Assembly (NCBI RefSeq): GCF_013149785.1 | Contig: NZ_JABEZU010000001.1 | Location: 558,001 to 622,000, forward strand | Length of the DNA: 64,000 bases | Source of the DNA: Isoptericola halotolerans | Lineage (GTDB): Bacteria > Actinomycetota > Actinomycetes > Actinomycetales > Cellulomonadaceae | Direction: 5' to 3' | The notes under the pieces: generated by a model | What the model saw: only the letters and a program-made list of their open reading frames with translations | What the model was told of the DNA's origin: nothing | Database searches by the model: none | Shown here: in pieces, positions 48,432 through 56,631 of the stretch | Layout of the letters: each line of letters starts with the position of its first letter | Position numbering within the stretch: position 1 is the stretch's first letter | Made by a program: the position numbers and the translations under genes

Positions 48432-49217
48432 TCAGAGGAAGCGTTGGACCGCCTGCGGAGCCGCCTCGGCGAGCTCGCGGACGGACGGGTGCGTCGACTC
48501 GGCGAGCACCGTCGACAGGGGGCCGGAGGCCACGAACGTGCCCTCCGCCAGCACGTGCACCGTGGGGCAGAGCCGCTCGACGAGCTCGAGGTCGTGGGTG
48601 ACCAGCAGCACCGCGGTGCCCAGCGACGCCGCGGCGTCACCCAGGCGGCGGACGACCTCGCCGCGCATGGCGGGGTCGACGGCGGTGAGCGGCTCGTCCA
48701 GGAGCAGGGCGTCCGGCCGGGTCGCCAGCGCCATCGCGAGTGCGACCCGCTGCTTCTCCCCGCCCGAGAGGGTGCCGACCTGGCGGGGGGCGAAACGCGG
48801 TTCGAGCGCGACGTCCTCGAGCAGCTCCTCCACCGTGCTGCCGCTGGGGCGGCCTGCCTTGCGGGCGTCGGAGAGAGCCTTGGCGACGACACGGTCGACG
48901 GTGGTCCGCGGTTCGACGCCGCCGATCCCCTCCTGCGCGACCCGGCGGACCTGGGTGCGGAACGCCTTCTTGTCCCGCAGCCCGATCCGGGTGACGGTGC
49001 GCCCGTTCCAGGTGACGCGACCGGCGGTGGGCTTCACGGCACCGGTCAGCGCCCGCACGATGGTGGACTTGCCCGCGCCGGAGGGGCCGATGATCCCCAC
49101 GGGGGCGTCACCGGTGGCCAGGGCGAGATCGATGCCGTGCACGACGTCGGCGCCGCCGTAGCCGGCAGCCAGGCCGTCGGCGCGGAGGATCGGGGTGGTG
49201 TCGGCGTGCGTGCTCAT
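48432..49217 (-). CDS. ABC transporter ATP-binding protein (peptide/nickel-type), no adjacent permease
   Basis: GPSGAGKS, LSGGEKQRVALA, LLLDEP, VTHDL. Confidence 0.9.
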   Translation of the reverse strand: MSTHADTTPILRADGLAAGYGGADVVHGIDLALATGDAPVGIIGPSGAGKSTIVRALTGAVKPTAGRVTWNGRTVTRIGLRDKKAFRTQVRRVAQEGIGGVEPRTTVDRVVAKALSDARKAGRPSGSTVEELLEDVALEPRFAPRQVGTLSGGEKQRVALAMALATRPDALLLDEPLTAVDPAMRGEVVRRLGDAAASLGTAVLLVTHDLELVERLCPTVHVLAEGTFVASGPLSTVLAESTHPSVRELAEAAPQAVQRFL

Positions 49218-49244
49218 GAGGAACCTCGGTGCTGTGGACGAGTG

Positions 49245-49279
49245 GTGGCCCGCCGACGGAAAGGGTGTCGGCGGGCCAC
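49245..49279. terminator. Hairpin downstream of the Gfo-DUF993-isomerase operon
   Basis: Perfect 13-bp stem GTGGCCCGCCGAC / GTCGGCGGGCCAC. Confidence 0.6.
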
Positions 49280-49319
49280 ACCGTATGACGAACGGCGCCC
49301 GGGGCGAGTTCCCCCGCGC

Positions 49320-50189
49320 TCAGAGGTGCGGCAGGACGTGCTGCGCGAACCGTGCGCCCACGGTCGCGGCGGTCTCGGCGGGAGGTGCCGCCCAGATCTC
49401 CTCGTTGAAGATCTCCGTCTCCACGTCCCCGGTGTACCCGGCCTCGGCGACCCACCGCGAGACGGTGGCGAAGTCGATGTAGCCGTCGCCGACGTGACCG
49501 CGAGAGTTCAGCGCGGCGGGCGCGAACGGCAGGTTCCAGTCGCACACCTGGTAGCCGGCGATCCGGCCCTCGCGGCCGGCCCGCTGGATCGCCGCCTCCA
49601 GCGCCGGGTCCCACCACACGTGGTACGTGTCCACGACGACGCCCACGGTGCGGGCGTCGAACGGCGCGGCGAGGTCGAGCGCCTGGCCGAGCGTGGACAC
49701 GACCGCGCGGTCGGCCGCGAACATCGGGTGCAGCGGTTCGAGGACGATCCGCACGCCGTGCTTCTCGGCGACCGGTGCGAGGTCGGCCAGCCGGTCCGCG
49801 ACCCGACGGCGCGTGGCCACCAGGTCCCGGTCCGTGCCGGGCGACGGGGGAGCCTCGGGCGCGGAGCCCGGCAGGCCGCCGACGACGAACACGAGCTCGG
49901 ACGTACCGACCTCGGCCGCCTCGATGAGCGCCCGCTCGTTGTCGGCCACCGCCTCCCGGATGCCCTCGGCGGACGTCGCGGTGAGGAAGCCGCCGCGGCA
50001 CAGGGACGACACGCGCAGCCCGGCGTCCTCGACGATCTTGCGGGCGGTCCCGGCCCCGGACTCCTGCACCTGGTGGCGCCAGAGCCCGACAGCACCCATC
50101 CCGGCGGAGGCCGCCGCCTCGACGGCCTCCGTCAGGGTGGCGTGCTTGACCGTCGCGGTGTTGAGCGAGCAGCGGGACAGGTCGCTCAT
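49320..50189 (-). CDS. Sugar phosphate isomerase/epimerase (xylose-isomerase-like TIM barrel)
   Basis: SLNTAT, SSLCRGGF, LEPLHPM, VDTYHVWWDP, QVCDW, GDGYIDF, EIFN. Confidence 0.9.
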   Translation of the reverse strand: MSDLSRCSLNTATVKHATLTEAVEAAASAGMGAVGLWRHQVQESGAGTARKIVEDAGLRVSSLCRGGFLTATSAEGIREAVADNERALIEAAEVGTSELVFVVGGLPGSAPEAPPSPGTDRDLVATRRRVADRLADLAPVAEKHGVRIVLEPLHPMFAADRAVVSTLGQALDLAAPFDARTVGVVVDTYHVWWDPALEAAIQRAGREGRIAGYQVCDWNLPFAPAALNSRGHVGDGYIDFATVSRWVAEAGYTGDVETEIFNEEIWAAPPAETAATVGARFAQHVLPHL

Positions 50190-51454
50190 GAGTCCGCCCC
50201 GTTCACGGTCAGCAGTGCCTGCAGGCGGGCCGCGGCGGTGTCGGGCGCGAGCAGCATCCCGCAGTCGTCGGCGAGGCGGGCGAGCTCGACGAGGTGCGCC
50301 ACCGAGCGCCCGGAGTGCAGCCCGCCCACGAGCTGGAAGCCGGGCTGGAACCCGTTCAGCCAGGACAGGAACGCCACACCCGTCTTGTAGTAGTAGGTCG
50401 GCGCCGCGAAGATGTGCCGGCCCAGCTTCTCGGTCGAGGCGAGGATCGCGTGACCTCGTGCTGCCGCCCCCTGCTCACCGTCGAGCGCGGCGTCGAACGC
50501 CTGCAGCGCCGTCGACGCCGCGGGGTAGACCGCCGCGAAGATCCCGAGCAGGGCGTCGGAGTACCCCTGCTCGTCACCGGCGATGAGCTCCGGGTAGTTG
50601 AAGTCGTCGCCGGTGTAGAGCCGCACGGGTGATCCCTCGAGCGCGGCCAGCGCCCGGCGCAGGCCGATCTCGTGCTGGGCGTCCAGCAGCGACACCTTGA
50701 CGCCGTCGACCTTGTCCTGGTGGGCCGTGATGAGGTCCAGGAACGTGGCGGTCGCCGTGTCCACCGAGTCCGAGCCCCAGTACCCGGCCAGGGCCGGGTC
50801 GAACATGGTCCCCAGCCAGTGCAGGATCACCGGGCTGTCGGCCTCGGCGAGGACGGCGTCGTAGACGCGGGCGTAGTCCTCGGCCGAGCGGGCGACCTTC
50901 GCCAGGGCGCGCGAGGCCATGACGATGACGCGGGCGCCGGACTCCTGGACCACGCGCACCTGCTCGCGGTAGGCGTCGACGACGGCGGCGAGACCCTCCT
51001 CACCCGGCTGGACGGCGGCCGGGTCGAGCTGGTCGGTGCCCGCCCCGCAGGCGATCGAACCGCCCACGGAGGCGGCCTCGGCGGCCGAGCGACGGACGAG
51101 CTCCTGCGTGGCGGCCCAGTCGAGCCCCATGCCGCGCTGGGCGGTGTCCATGGCGTCGGCGACGCCCAGACCGTGCGACCAGATGCTGTGCCGGTAGGCG
51201 AGGGTCGAGTCCCAGTCGACGACGGCGGGCGCGCCGGGCACGTTCTCGGCCCCGACCTGGGGCACGACGTGCGCCGCGGCGAAGGCGACCCGGGACCGCA
51301 GCGGCCCGTCCGGCCTCCGCCACGGGCCGGGCGCGTTGAGCTCGCGCACCTCGGTGCCGACGAGCCGGCCGCCGTCGTCGAACCGCGGCAGGCGGACGGT
51401 GACGCCGGACCCGGTGAGCGTCGGTGCCCCGGGAGGGGCGGTCACGGCGCTCAC
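50186..51454 (-). CDS. DUF993 family (DHDPS-like TIM barrel)
   Basis: RVAFAAAHVV, GLGVADAMDTAQRGMGLDW, GAGTDQL, ILHWLG.MFDPALAGYWGS, GVKVSLLD, YTGDDFNYPELI, YKTGVAFL. Confidence 0.88.
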   Translation of the reverse strand: MSAVTAPPGAPTLTGSGVTVRLPRFDDGGRLVGTEVRELNAPGPWRRPDGPLRSRVAFAAAHVVPQVGAENVPGAPAVVDWDSTLAYRHSIWSHGLGVADAMDTAQRGMGLDWAATQELVRRSAAEAASVGGSIACGAGTDQLDPAAVQPGEEGLAAVVDAYREQVRVVQESGARVIVMASRALAKVARSAEDYARVYDAVLAEADSPVILHWLGTMFDPALAGYWGSDSVDTATATFLDLITAHQDKVDGVKVSLLDAQHEIGLRRALAALEGSPVRLYTGDDFNYPELIAGDEQGYSDALLGIFAAVYPAASTALQAFDAALDGEQGAAARGHAILASTEKLGRHIFAAPTYYYKTGVAFLSWLNGFQPGFQLVGGLHSGRSVAHLVELARLADDCGMLLAPDTAAARLQALLTVNGADS

Positions 51455-52617
51455 AGCGAGATCTCCGGCACGTCGAGACGGCGACCCTCGGCGGACGAGC
51501 GCAGGCCGAGCTCGGCGAGCTGCACACCCCGCGCGGCGGACAGCAGGTCGAAGCGGTGCTCGCGCCCGGCGACGACGTCGCGCAGGAACTCCTCCCACTG
51601 CGCCTTGAAGCCGTTCTCGACCTCGGCGTTGGCGGGGACGTCGGCCCACTGCTCGCGGAACTTCTCGGTGGTGGGCAGGTCGGGGTTCCAGACCGGCTTG
51701 GGGGTGTGGGCGCGCTGCTGGGCGACGCAGGAGAAGAGCCCGGCGACGGCGGAGCCGTGGGTGCCGTCGACCTGGAACTCGACGAGCTCGTCGCGGTGGA
51801 CGCGCACCGCCCAGGAGGAGTTGATCTGCGCCACGACGGGGTCGCCGCCGGGCGTCTCGATCTCGAAGATGCCGTACGCGGCGTCGTCGGCGGTGGCGTC
51901 GTAGGGCTTGCCCTGCTCGTCCCAGCGGGTGGGGATGTGCGTGACGGTCTGGGCGTTGACGGTCTTGACCGAACCGAGGATGCCCTCGAGGACGTAGTTC
52001 CAGTGGCAGAACATGTCGGTGGTCATGCCACCGCCGTCCTCCTTGCGGTAGTTCCACGAGGGCCGCTGGGCGGGCTGGTGCTCGCCCTCGAAGACCCAGT
52101 AGCCGAACTCGCCGCGCAGGGACAGGATGCGGCCGAAGAAGCCCTCGTCGACGAGCCGGCGCAGCTTGACCAGGCCGGGCAGGTAGAGCTTGTCGTGGAC
52201 GACGCCGGCGGTCACGCCGGTCTCGTCGCGCAGCTGGGCGAGCTCGATCGCCTCGGCGAGGGTCTCCGCGGTGGGCTTCTCGGTGTAGATGTGCTTGCCG
52301 GCCTTCATGGCCTTGGCGAGGGTGGCGGGGCGCAGGTTGGTCATCGCGGCGTCGAACACGATGTCGGTGTCGTCGGCGTGGACGAGGCCGTCGAGGTCGG
52401 TCGTGTACTCGGTGATGTCGTGCTGCTTCGCGAGGTCGGCGAGCTTGGACTCGTTGCGGCCCACGAGGATCGGCTCGACCTGGACGCGGGAGCCGTCGGG
52501 GAGCGTGACGCCGCCCTGCTCGCGGATCGGCAGGATCGAGCGCAGGAGGTGCTGGCGGTAGCCCATGCGGCCGGTCACGCCGTTCATGGCGATGCGCAGG
52601 GTGCGGGTGGTGCTCAC
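51451..52617 (-). CDS. Gfo/Idh/MocA family oxidoreductase
   Basis: MNGVTGRMGYRQHL.RSI, HIYTEKP, DKLYLPGL, EFGYWVFEG, QRPSWNYR, NGFKAQWEEFLR. Confidence 0.92.
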   Translation of the reverse strand: MSTTRTLRIAMNGVTGRMGYRQHLLRSILPIREQGGVTLPDGSRVQVEPILVGRNESKLADLAKQHDITEYTTDLDGLVHADDTDIVFDAAMTNLRPATLAKAMKAGKHIYTEKPTAETLAEAIELAQLRDETGVTAGVVHDKLYLPGLVKLRRLVDEGFFGRILSLRGEFGYWVFEGEHQPAQRPSWNYRKEDGGGMTTDMFCHWNYVLEGILGSVKTVNAQTVTHIPTRWDEQGKPYDATADDAAYGIFEIETPGGDPVVAQINSSWAVRVHRDELVEFQVDGTHGSAVAGLFSCVAQQRAHTPKPVWNPDLPTTEKFREQWADVPANAEVENGFKAQWEEFLRDVVAGREHRFDLLSAARGVQLAELGLRSSAEGRRLDVPEISL

Positions 52618-52678
52618 TGGCGGGGACTCCTTCGTCGGGGCACCGGGGGCGGTGCTCGTCGCTGAGCGCGCTCCAGAG

Positions 52679-52704
52679 GGAATGCGCTTTCCGGTCTCAC
52701 GGTA
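52679..52704 (-). promoter_or_regulatory. -10 element and LacI operator for the Gfo-DUF993 operon
   Basis: Minus strand TACCGT-N6-GGAAAGCGCATTCC. Confidence 0.65.
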
Positions 52705-52790
52705 AGGTGTCTGCGGCGGTGCGTCAAGCAGCCGCCGCCCGGCGGGAGGAGTGCCGCCCGCCCGGGGCCCCAGCGGACCAGGAGGTGCCC

Positions 52791-53822
52791 GTGGCCAGAC
52801 CGCGGCTGCAGGACGTCGCCAACCATGCCGGGGTGTCCCTCGCGACGGCCTCCCGGGTGCTCAACGGCTCCTCACGTCAGCCAGGACCCGAGCTCGTCGA
52901 GCGCGTCCGGGCCGCCGCCGCCGACCTCGGCTACGTCGTCAACGCCCAGGCGCAGGCGCTGGCGAGGTCACGGACCGGGCTGCTCGGGCTCGTCGTCCAG
53001 GACATCTCCGACCCGTACTTCTCCTCCATCGCCGCCGGCGCCCAGGCCGCCGCCCGCGAGCACGGGCGCATGGTGCTCCTCGCCTCGACCGAGCGGGACC
53101 CCGATGCCGAACGAGACGCCGTCGCAGCCTTCGCCGCGCACCGCGTCGACGCCATCGTCGTCGTCGGTACCCGGTGGTCGCCCGAGGAGGACGCCCCGGT
53201 CGCCGCCGAGCTGGAGACGTTCGAGGCCGGGGGCGGGCGCTCCGTGGTCGTGGGGCAGCCGCTCGGCTCGGCCCGCGTCGTGCGGCCCCCCAACGCCGAG
53301 GGCGCCGCCGACCTCGCCGCCGCGCTGCGCGACCAGGGCCACCATCGGTTCGTGCTCCTCAGCGCCCCCGACCGCGTCGTCACCGCCCAGGAGCGGGCCG
53401 GGGCGTTCACCGCGGCGGTCACGGCCGGCGGAGGAGAGGTGATCGAGGTCGTCGAGCAGCAGTTCTCCCGCGACGGCGGGTACGCCGCCGGCGACCGGGT
53501 CGCCGAGATCGCCCGCGAGTCCGCCGACGCCGGCCTCGATGCGCCCTGCGTCTTCGCCGTCACCGACGTCATGGCCATCGGCCTCATCGCCCGGCTGCGA
53601 GAGCTCGCGGTCACCGTGCCCGACGACGTCCGGGTCGCGGGCTTCGACGACATCCCCACGCTGCGCGACCACGTCCCCTCGGTCACCACCGTGACCATCC
53701 CGCTGGAGGAGATGGGGCGCCTGGCCGTCGCCGCGGCGGTGGCGGAGCAGGGAGCCGAGCCGGGTGCCGCCGTCGGGCACGAGGTCGTGCTGCGCCGGTC
53801 GACGGCGCGTCCGCCCCGCTGA
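52791..53822 (+). CDS. LacI family regulator
   Basis: RLQDVANHAGVSLATASRVLNG, DISDPYFSSIAAG, VAGFDDIP. GGAGG RBS. Confidence 0.92.
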   Translation: MARPRLQDVANHAGVSLATASRVLNGSSRQPGPELVERVRAAAADLGYVVNAQAQALARSRTGLLGLVVQDISDPYFSSIAAGAQAAAREHGRMVLLASTERDPDAERDAVAAFAAHRVDAIVVVGTRWSPEEDAPVAAELETFEAGGGRSVVVGQPLGSARVVRPPNAEGAADLAAALRDQGHHRFVLLSAPDRVVTAQERAGAFTAAVTAGGGEVIEVVEQQFSRDGGYAAGDRVAEIARESADAGLDAPCVFAVTDVMAIGLIARLRELAVTVPDDVRVAGFDDIPTLRDHVPSVTTVTIPLEEMGRLAVAAAVAEQGAEPGAAVGHEVVLRRSTARPPR

Positions 53823-53827
53823 CCCTG

Positions 53828-53915
53828 CGCCGAACATGCCGTGACGACCGCCGAACATGTCGTGACGGCCCGTCCGGACGTCCGGACAGGCCGTCACGAC
53901 ATGTTCGGCGGTCGT
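53828..53915. repeat. REP-like 72-bp near-perfect palindrome with a partial tandem arm copy
   Basis: Perfect 27-bp arms 53844-70 / 53889-915, one mismatch, core GTCCGGAC x2. Extra CGCCGAACATGCCGTGACG at 53828-46. Confidence 0.8.
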
Positions 53916-53933
53916 ACGGCCGCGGGGCCGCGG

Positions 53934-55136
53934 TCAGACGGCGATGCGCAGCCCCGTGCCGCGGACGGCCTGCTCGAGCACCTGGGCGTACCCGGACAGC
54001 ATCCGCACGTGGCTGAACCGTTGCCGGGCCGCTGTCAGGGCCCCGCGCAGCTCGCCCCGGCGCGCTGCCGCCTCGATCCACGTCTCCGCGATCTCCACGG
54101 CGTCGAACCCGGTGACGAAGCCGATGCCGGCCACGAGTCGGGCGCTGTCCCCGACGGGCGTGGTCACCGGGACGGCCCCGCACATCGCGCCCTCGATGAG
54201 GCACAGGGGTGCGGCCTCGCCGAACGCCGAGGTGAGGGCCACGACGTCCGCGATCGCGTAGACGTGCTCCATGTCGCGCCGCACGCCCCACGCGTGCACC
54301 CGGCCCAGCAGGTCCGGCCGGTCGGCGAAGGTCTCGTCGAGGTCGGCGACGAGGCCGGGGTTGTCCAGGGTCATCCCCGCGCCGCACATCACGACGTGCC
54401 CGGCGTCGTCACGTCCCAGGAACTCCCGGGCGGCGGCGAGGAACAGCCGAGGGTTCTTCATGGCGTCGTAGCGGGCCGCGTAGGCGACGAGCGTGGCATC
54501 AGCGGGGATCCCCGCTGCCCCGCGCAGGGCGAGGCGCCGCACACGACGCAGGGGGTGGAACCGGGTCAGGTCGATCCCGTTGGGCACGACCCGCAGCAGG
54601 TGCTCCGGGACGCCGGCCGCGGCGTAGGCGTCGCGGGTGGACTCGGCGCAGCACACGGCCGCGGCGAGCAGGCCGCTGTCGGCCGCGGCGCGCAGGTCGT
54701 CCAGGGCGGCGCCCGAGTGCTCCGGGTCGGAGCGGTGCAGGCATGCGACGACCGGCCGCTGGGGGAACCCCGCCTCGTTGACCAGCCGTAGCGGCTGCTC
54801 CTTGAGCGACATCACGACGTCGACCCCGGTGGCCTCTCGTGCCGCGATCTCCATCTCGGCGTCGGTGAACCGGCGGGGGTCGTGGTCGTCGTCGGTGGAC
54901 CTGCCCAACGTGGCGACCCGGACCCCGGCGGCGCGCAGCGTGCGGAACCGGGGGTCGTCCTCCATGTGCTGCAGCATCGTCTCGCGGCGCACCGCGCTGT
55001 ACAGGCTGAGCGCCGAGTGCTGCTGGTGGCCGTGGGCGTGCAGCCCGGCCACCACCGTCGAGTGCAGCACCCGGGCGCCGCCGGAGAAGAAGCCCTCGTA
55101 GAGGGACAGGACACGCAGCGAACTGTGCTCGAACAT
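53934..55136 (-). CDS. Glycosyltransferase family 4 (GT-B)
   Basis: FFSGGA, VVPNGID, ARYDAMKN, EAAPLCLIE (EX7E), PVTTPVGD. AGGAGG RBS. Confidence 0.88.
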   Translation of the reverse strand: MFEHSSLRVLSLYEGFFSGGARVLHSTVVAGLHAHGHQQHSALSLYSAVRRETMLQHMEDDPRFRTLRAAGVRVATLGRSTDDDHDPRRFTDAEMEIAAREATGVDVVMSLKEQPLRLVNEAGFPQRPVVACLHRSDPEHSGAALDDLRAAADSGLLAAAVCCAESTRDAYAAAGVPEHLLRVVPNGIDLTRFHPLRRVRRLALRGAAGIPADATLVAYAARYDAMKNPRLFLAAAREFLGRDDAGHVVMCGAGMTLDNPGLVADLDETFADRPDLLGRVHAWGVRRDMEHVYAIADVVALTSAFGEAAPLCLIEGAMCGAVPVTTPVGDSARLVAGIGFVTGFDAVEIAETWIEAAARRGELRGALTAARQRFSHVRMLSGYAQVLEQAVRGTGLRIAV

Positions 55137-55236
55137 GGCGACCACCTCCTGTCACCAGAGTGAGGTGGGGTGATGTGGGGTGGGTGACCTGCGTGTTACG
55201 TCTTCATGACACTTTCGCGGGTGTTGCGGGCCGGAC

Positions 55237-55905
55237 TCATGCTCCGCCGGCCGTGCGCAGCGACCGGATGTCTCGCTCGGCCTGCGCGGGCGTCGCGGCG
55301 CGGCACCCGAGTCCCGTCCACCGCCGCACCAGCGCGGGCTCCGCGCGCAGCAGGCCCCAGCCGCGGCGCAGGAGCGTCGGCAGCGGCTTGCGCGCCTCGG
55401 CCACGTCCCGCAGGAGACGGAACCAGAAGGTCACGAGGCGGGGTCGCGAGAGGCAGAGGGCGTCGGCGAGGAACCCCTCGGCACGGCAGTCAGCGACGAG
55501 CTCGGCAGCGAAGACGCCCTCGGCGAGGACCACCGGCTCGCCCCGGGCCTCGACGACCGCGGTTCCCGTGCGGCGCGAGGTGGGGATGTCGTAGACGGGC
55601 AGCTCGGCGCGTCCCGTGGTGGCGAGCGTGCGCAGCGCCTCGAGCGCGCCGTCGTGGTCCCAGCTGGCCGGGTCGTCCCAGTCGACGATCCCGTAGGCGT
55701 GCGGCATGCCGGGGTGGTCGGCGTCGCGGTAGAAGTCGTCGAGCATCACCACGGGCAGTCCCAGGCGCCGGGTGAGCGCCGACTTGCCGCTGCCCGACGC
55801 ACCGGTCAGAAGCACGATCCGCGTGGCCGGGCGGCGTGCCTCCGGGGGGACGTCGAAGAGCGCGTCGGACACCGGTGCGGGTTCGGGCAGATCGCTGTCG
55901 GTCAC
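55237..55905 (-). CDS. Uridine kinase-like P-loop kinase
   Basis: LTGASGSGKS, LDDFYR, DWDDP, PVYDI, AEGVFA. Confidence 0.8.
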   Translation of the reverse strand: MTDSDLPEPAPVSDALFDVPPEARRPATRIVLLTGASGSGKSALTRRLGLPVVMLDDFYRDADHPGMPHAYGIVDWDDPASWDHDGALEALRTLATTGRAELPVYDIPTSRRTGTAVVEARGEPVVLAEGVFAAELVADCRAEGFLADALCLSRPRLVTFWFRLLRDVAEARKPLPTLLRRGWGLLRAEPALVRRWTGLGCRAATPAQAERDIRSLRTAGGA

Positions 55906-55944
55906 GGGAGCCCATTGTGAGGCACCCGCAGCGCGAAGGCTGGG

Positions 55945-56631
55945 TCAGGTGACCAGGAGCACGTGGAGGGTGCGGGGGCCGTGCACGCCCTCGACCCGGT
56001 CGAGCTCGATGTCGCTGGTGGCGCTCGGTCCGGAGATCCACGTCTGCGGGCGCTCGGGGTGCGCCGCCAGGATCCGGACGGCCTCGGGGATGGTCTCCAC
56101 GACCTGGTCGGCGCGCACCACGCACAGGTGAACGTCCGGGACCAGCGAGATCGCCCGCCGTCCCTGGTCGGGCCCGCCGTCCAGGACGATCGTGCCGGTC
56201 TCCGAGCACGCCACCCGCGCAGCGGTCAGCACGGCGCCGATCGCGTCGAGGTCGGTCGCGCCCAGCGGCGAGTCCGGGCCGGCGTGCGTGTCTCTGTGCA
56301 CGACGACGTCGCCCGGCAGCGGGGCGAGCCACGCCTCCTCCAGCCCGGACGGCACGACGACGGAGCCCGCCCCGCCGAGGACCTCGGCGACCGCGTCCGG
56401 GAGCTCGTCCTCGGACACGACCTGGACGTGCGCCTGGTAGTCCTCGAGCCGGTCCACGAGCTGGGTGAGCACCTCCGGCGATCCGGGCTCGTGCTCGCCG
56501 GCCGCCCGGTAGGCCCGGGGCACCTCCACGACGCCCGGCGTCGTGCCGATCTTGCCGGCCGCCGTCGTGCCCACGCCGGAGCCGCCCAGCGCGGCCCGCA
56601 CCCGGTTCAGCACGTCCTCGCGCGCGCTCAT
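55945..56631 (-). CDS. lutC: Lactate utilisation protein C (LUD domain)
   Basis: SETGTIVLD, GRRAISLVPDVH, ISGPSATSDIELDRVEGVHGPR. Confidence 0.93.
   Translation of the reverse strand: MSAREDVLNRVRAALGGSGVGTTAAGKIGTTPGVVEVPRAYRAAGEHEPGSPEVLTQLVDRLEDYQAHVQVVSEDELPDAVAEVLGGAGSVVVPSGLEEAWLAPLPGDVVVHRDTHAGPDSPLGATDLDAIGAVLTAARVACSETGTIVLDGGPDQGRRAISLVPDVHLCVVRADQVVETIPEAVRILAAHPERPQTWISGPSATSDIELDRVEGVHGPRTLHVLLVT

Noticed and set aside
55150..55236. Possible riboswitch upstream of the GT4 gene
   Set aside because: No recognisable aptamer consensus; better explained by direct-repeat regulator sites.
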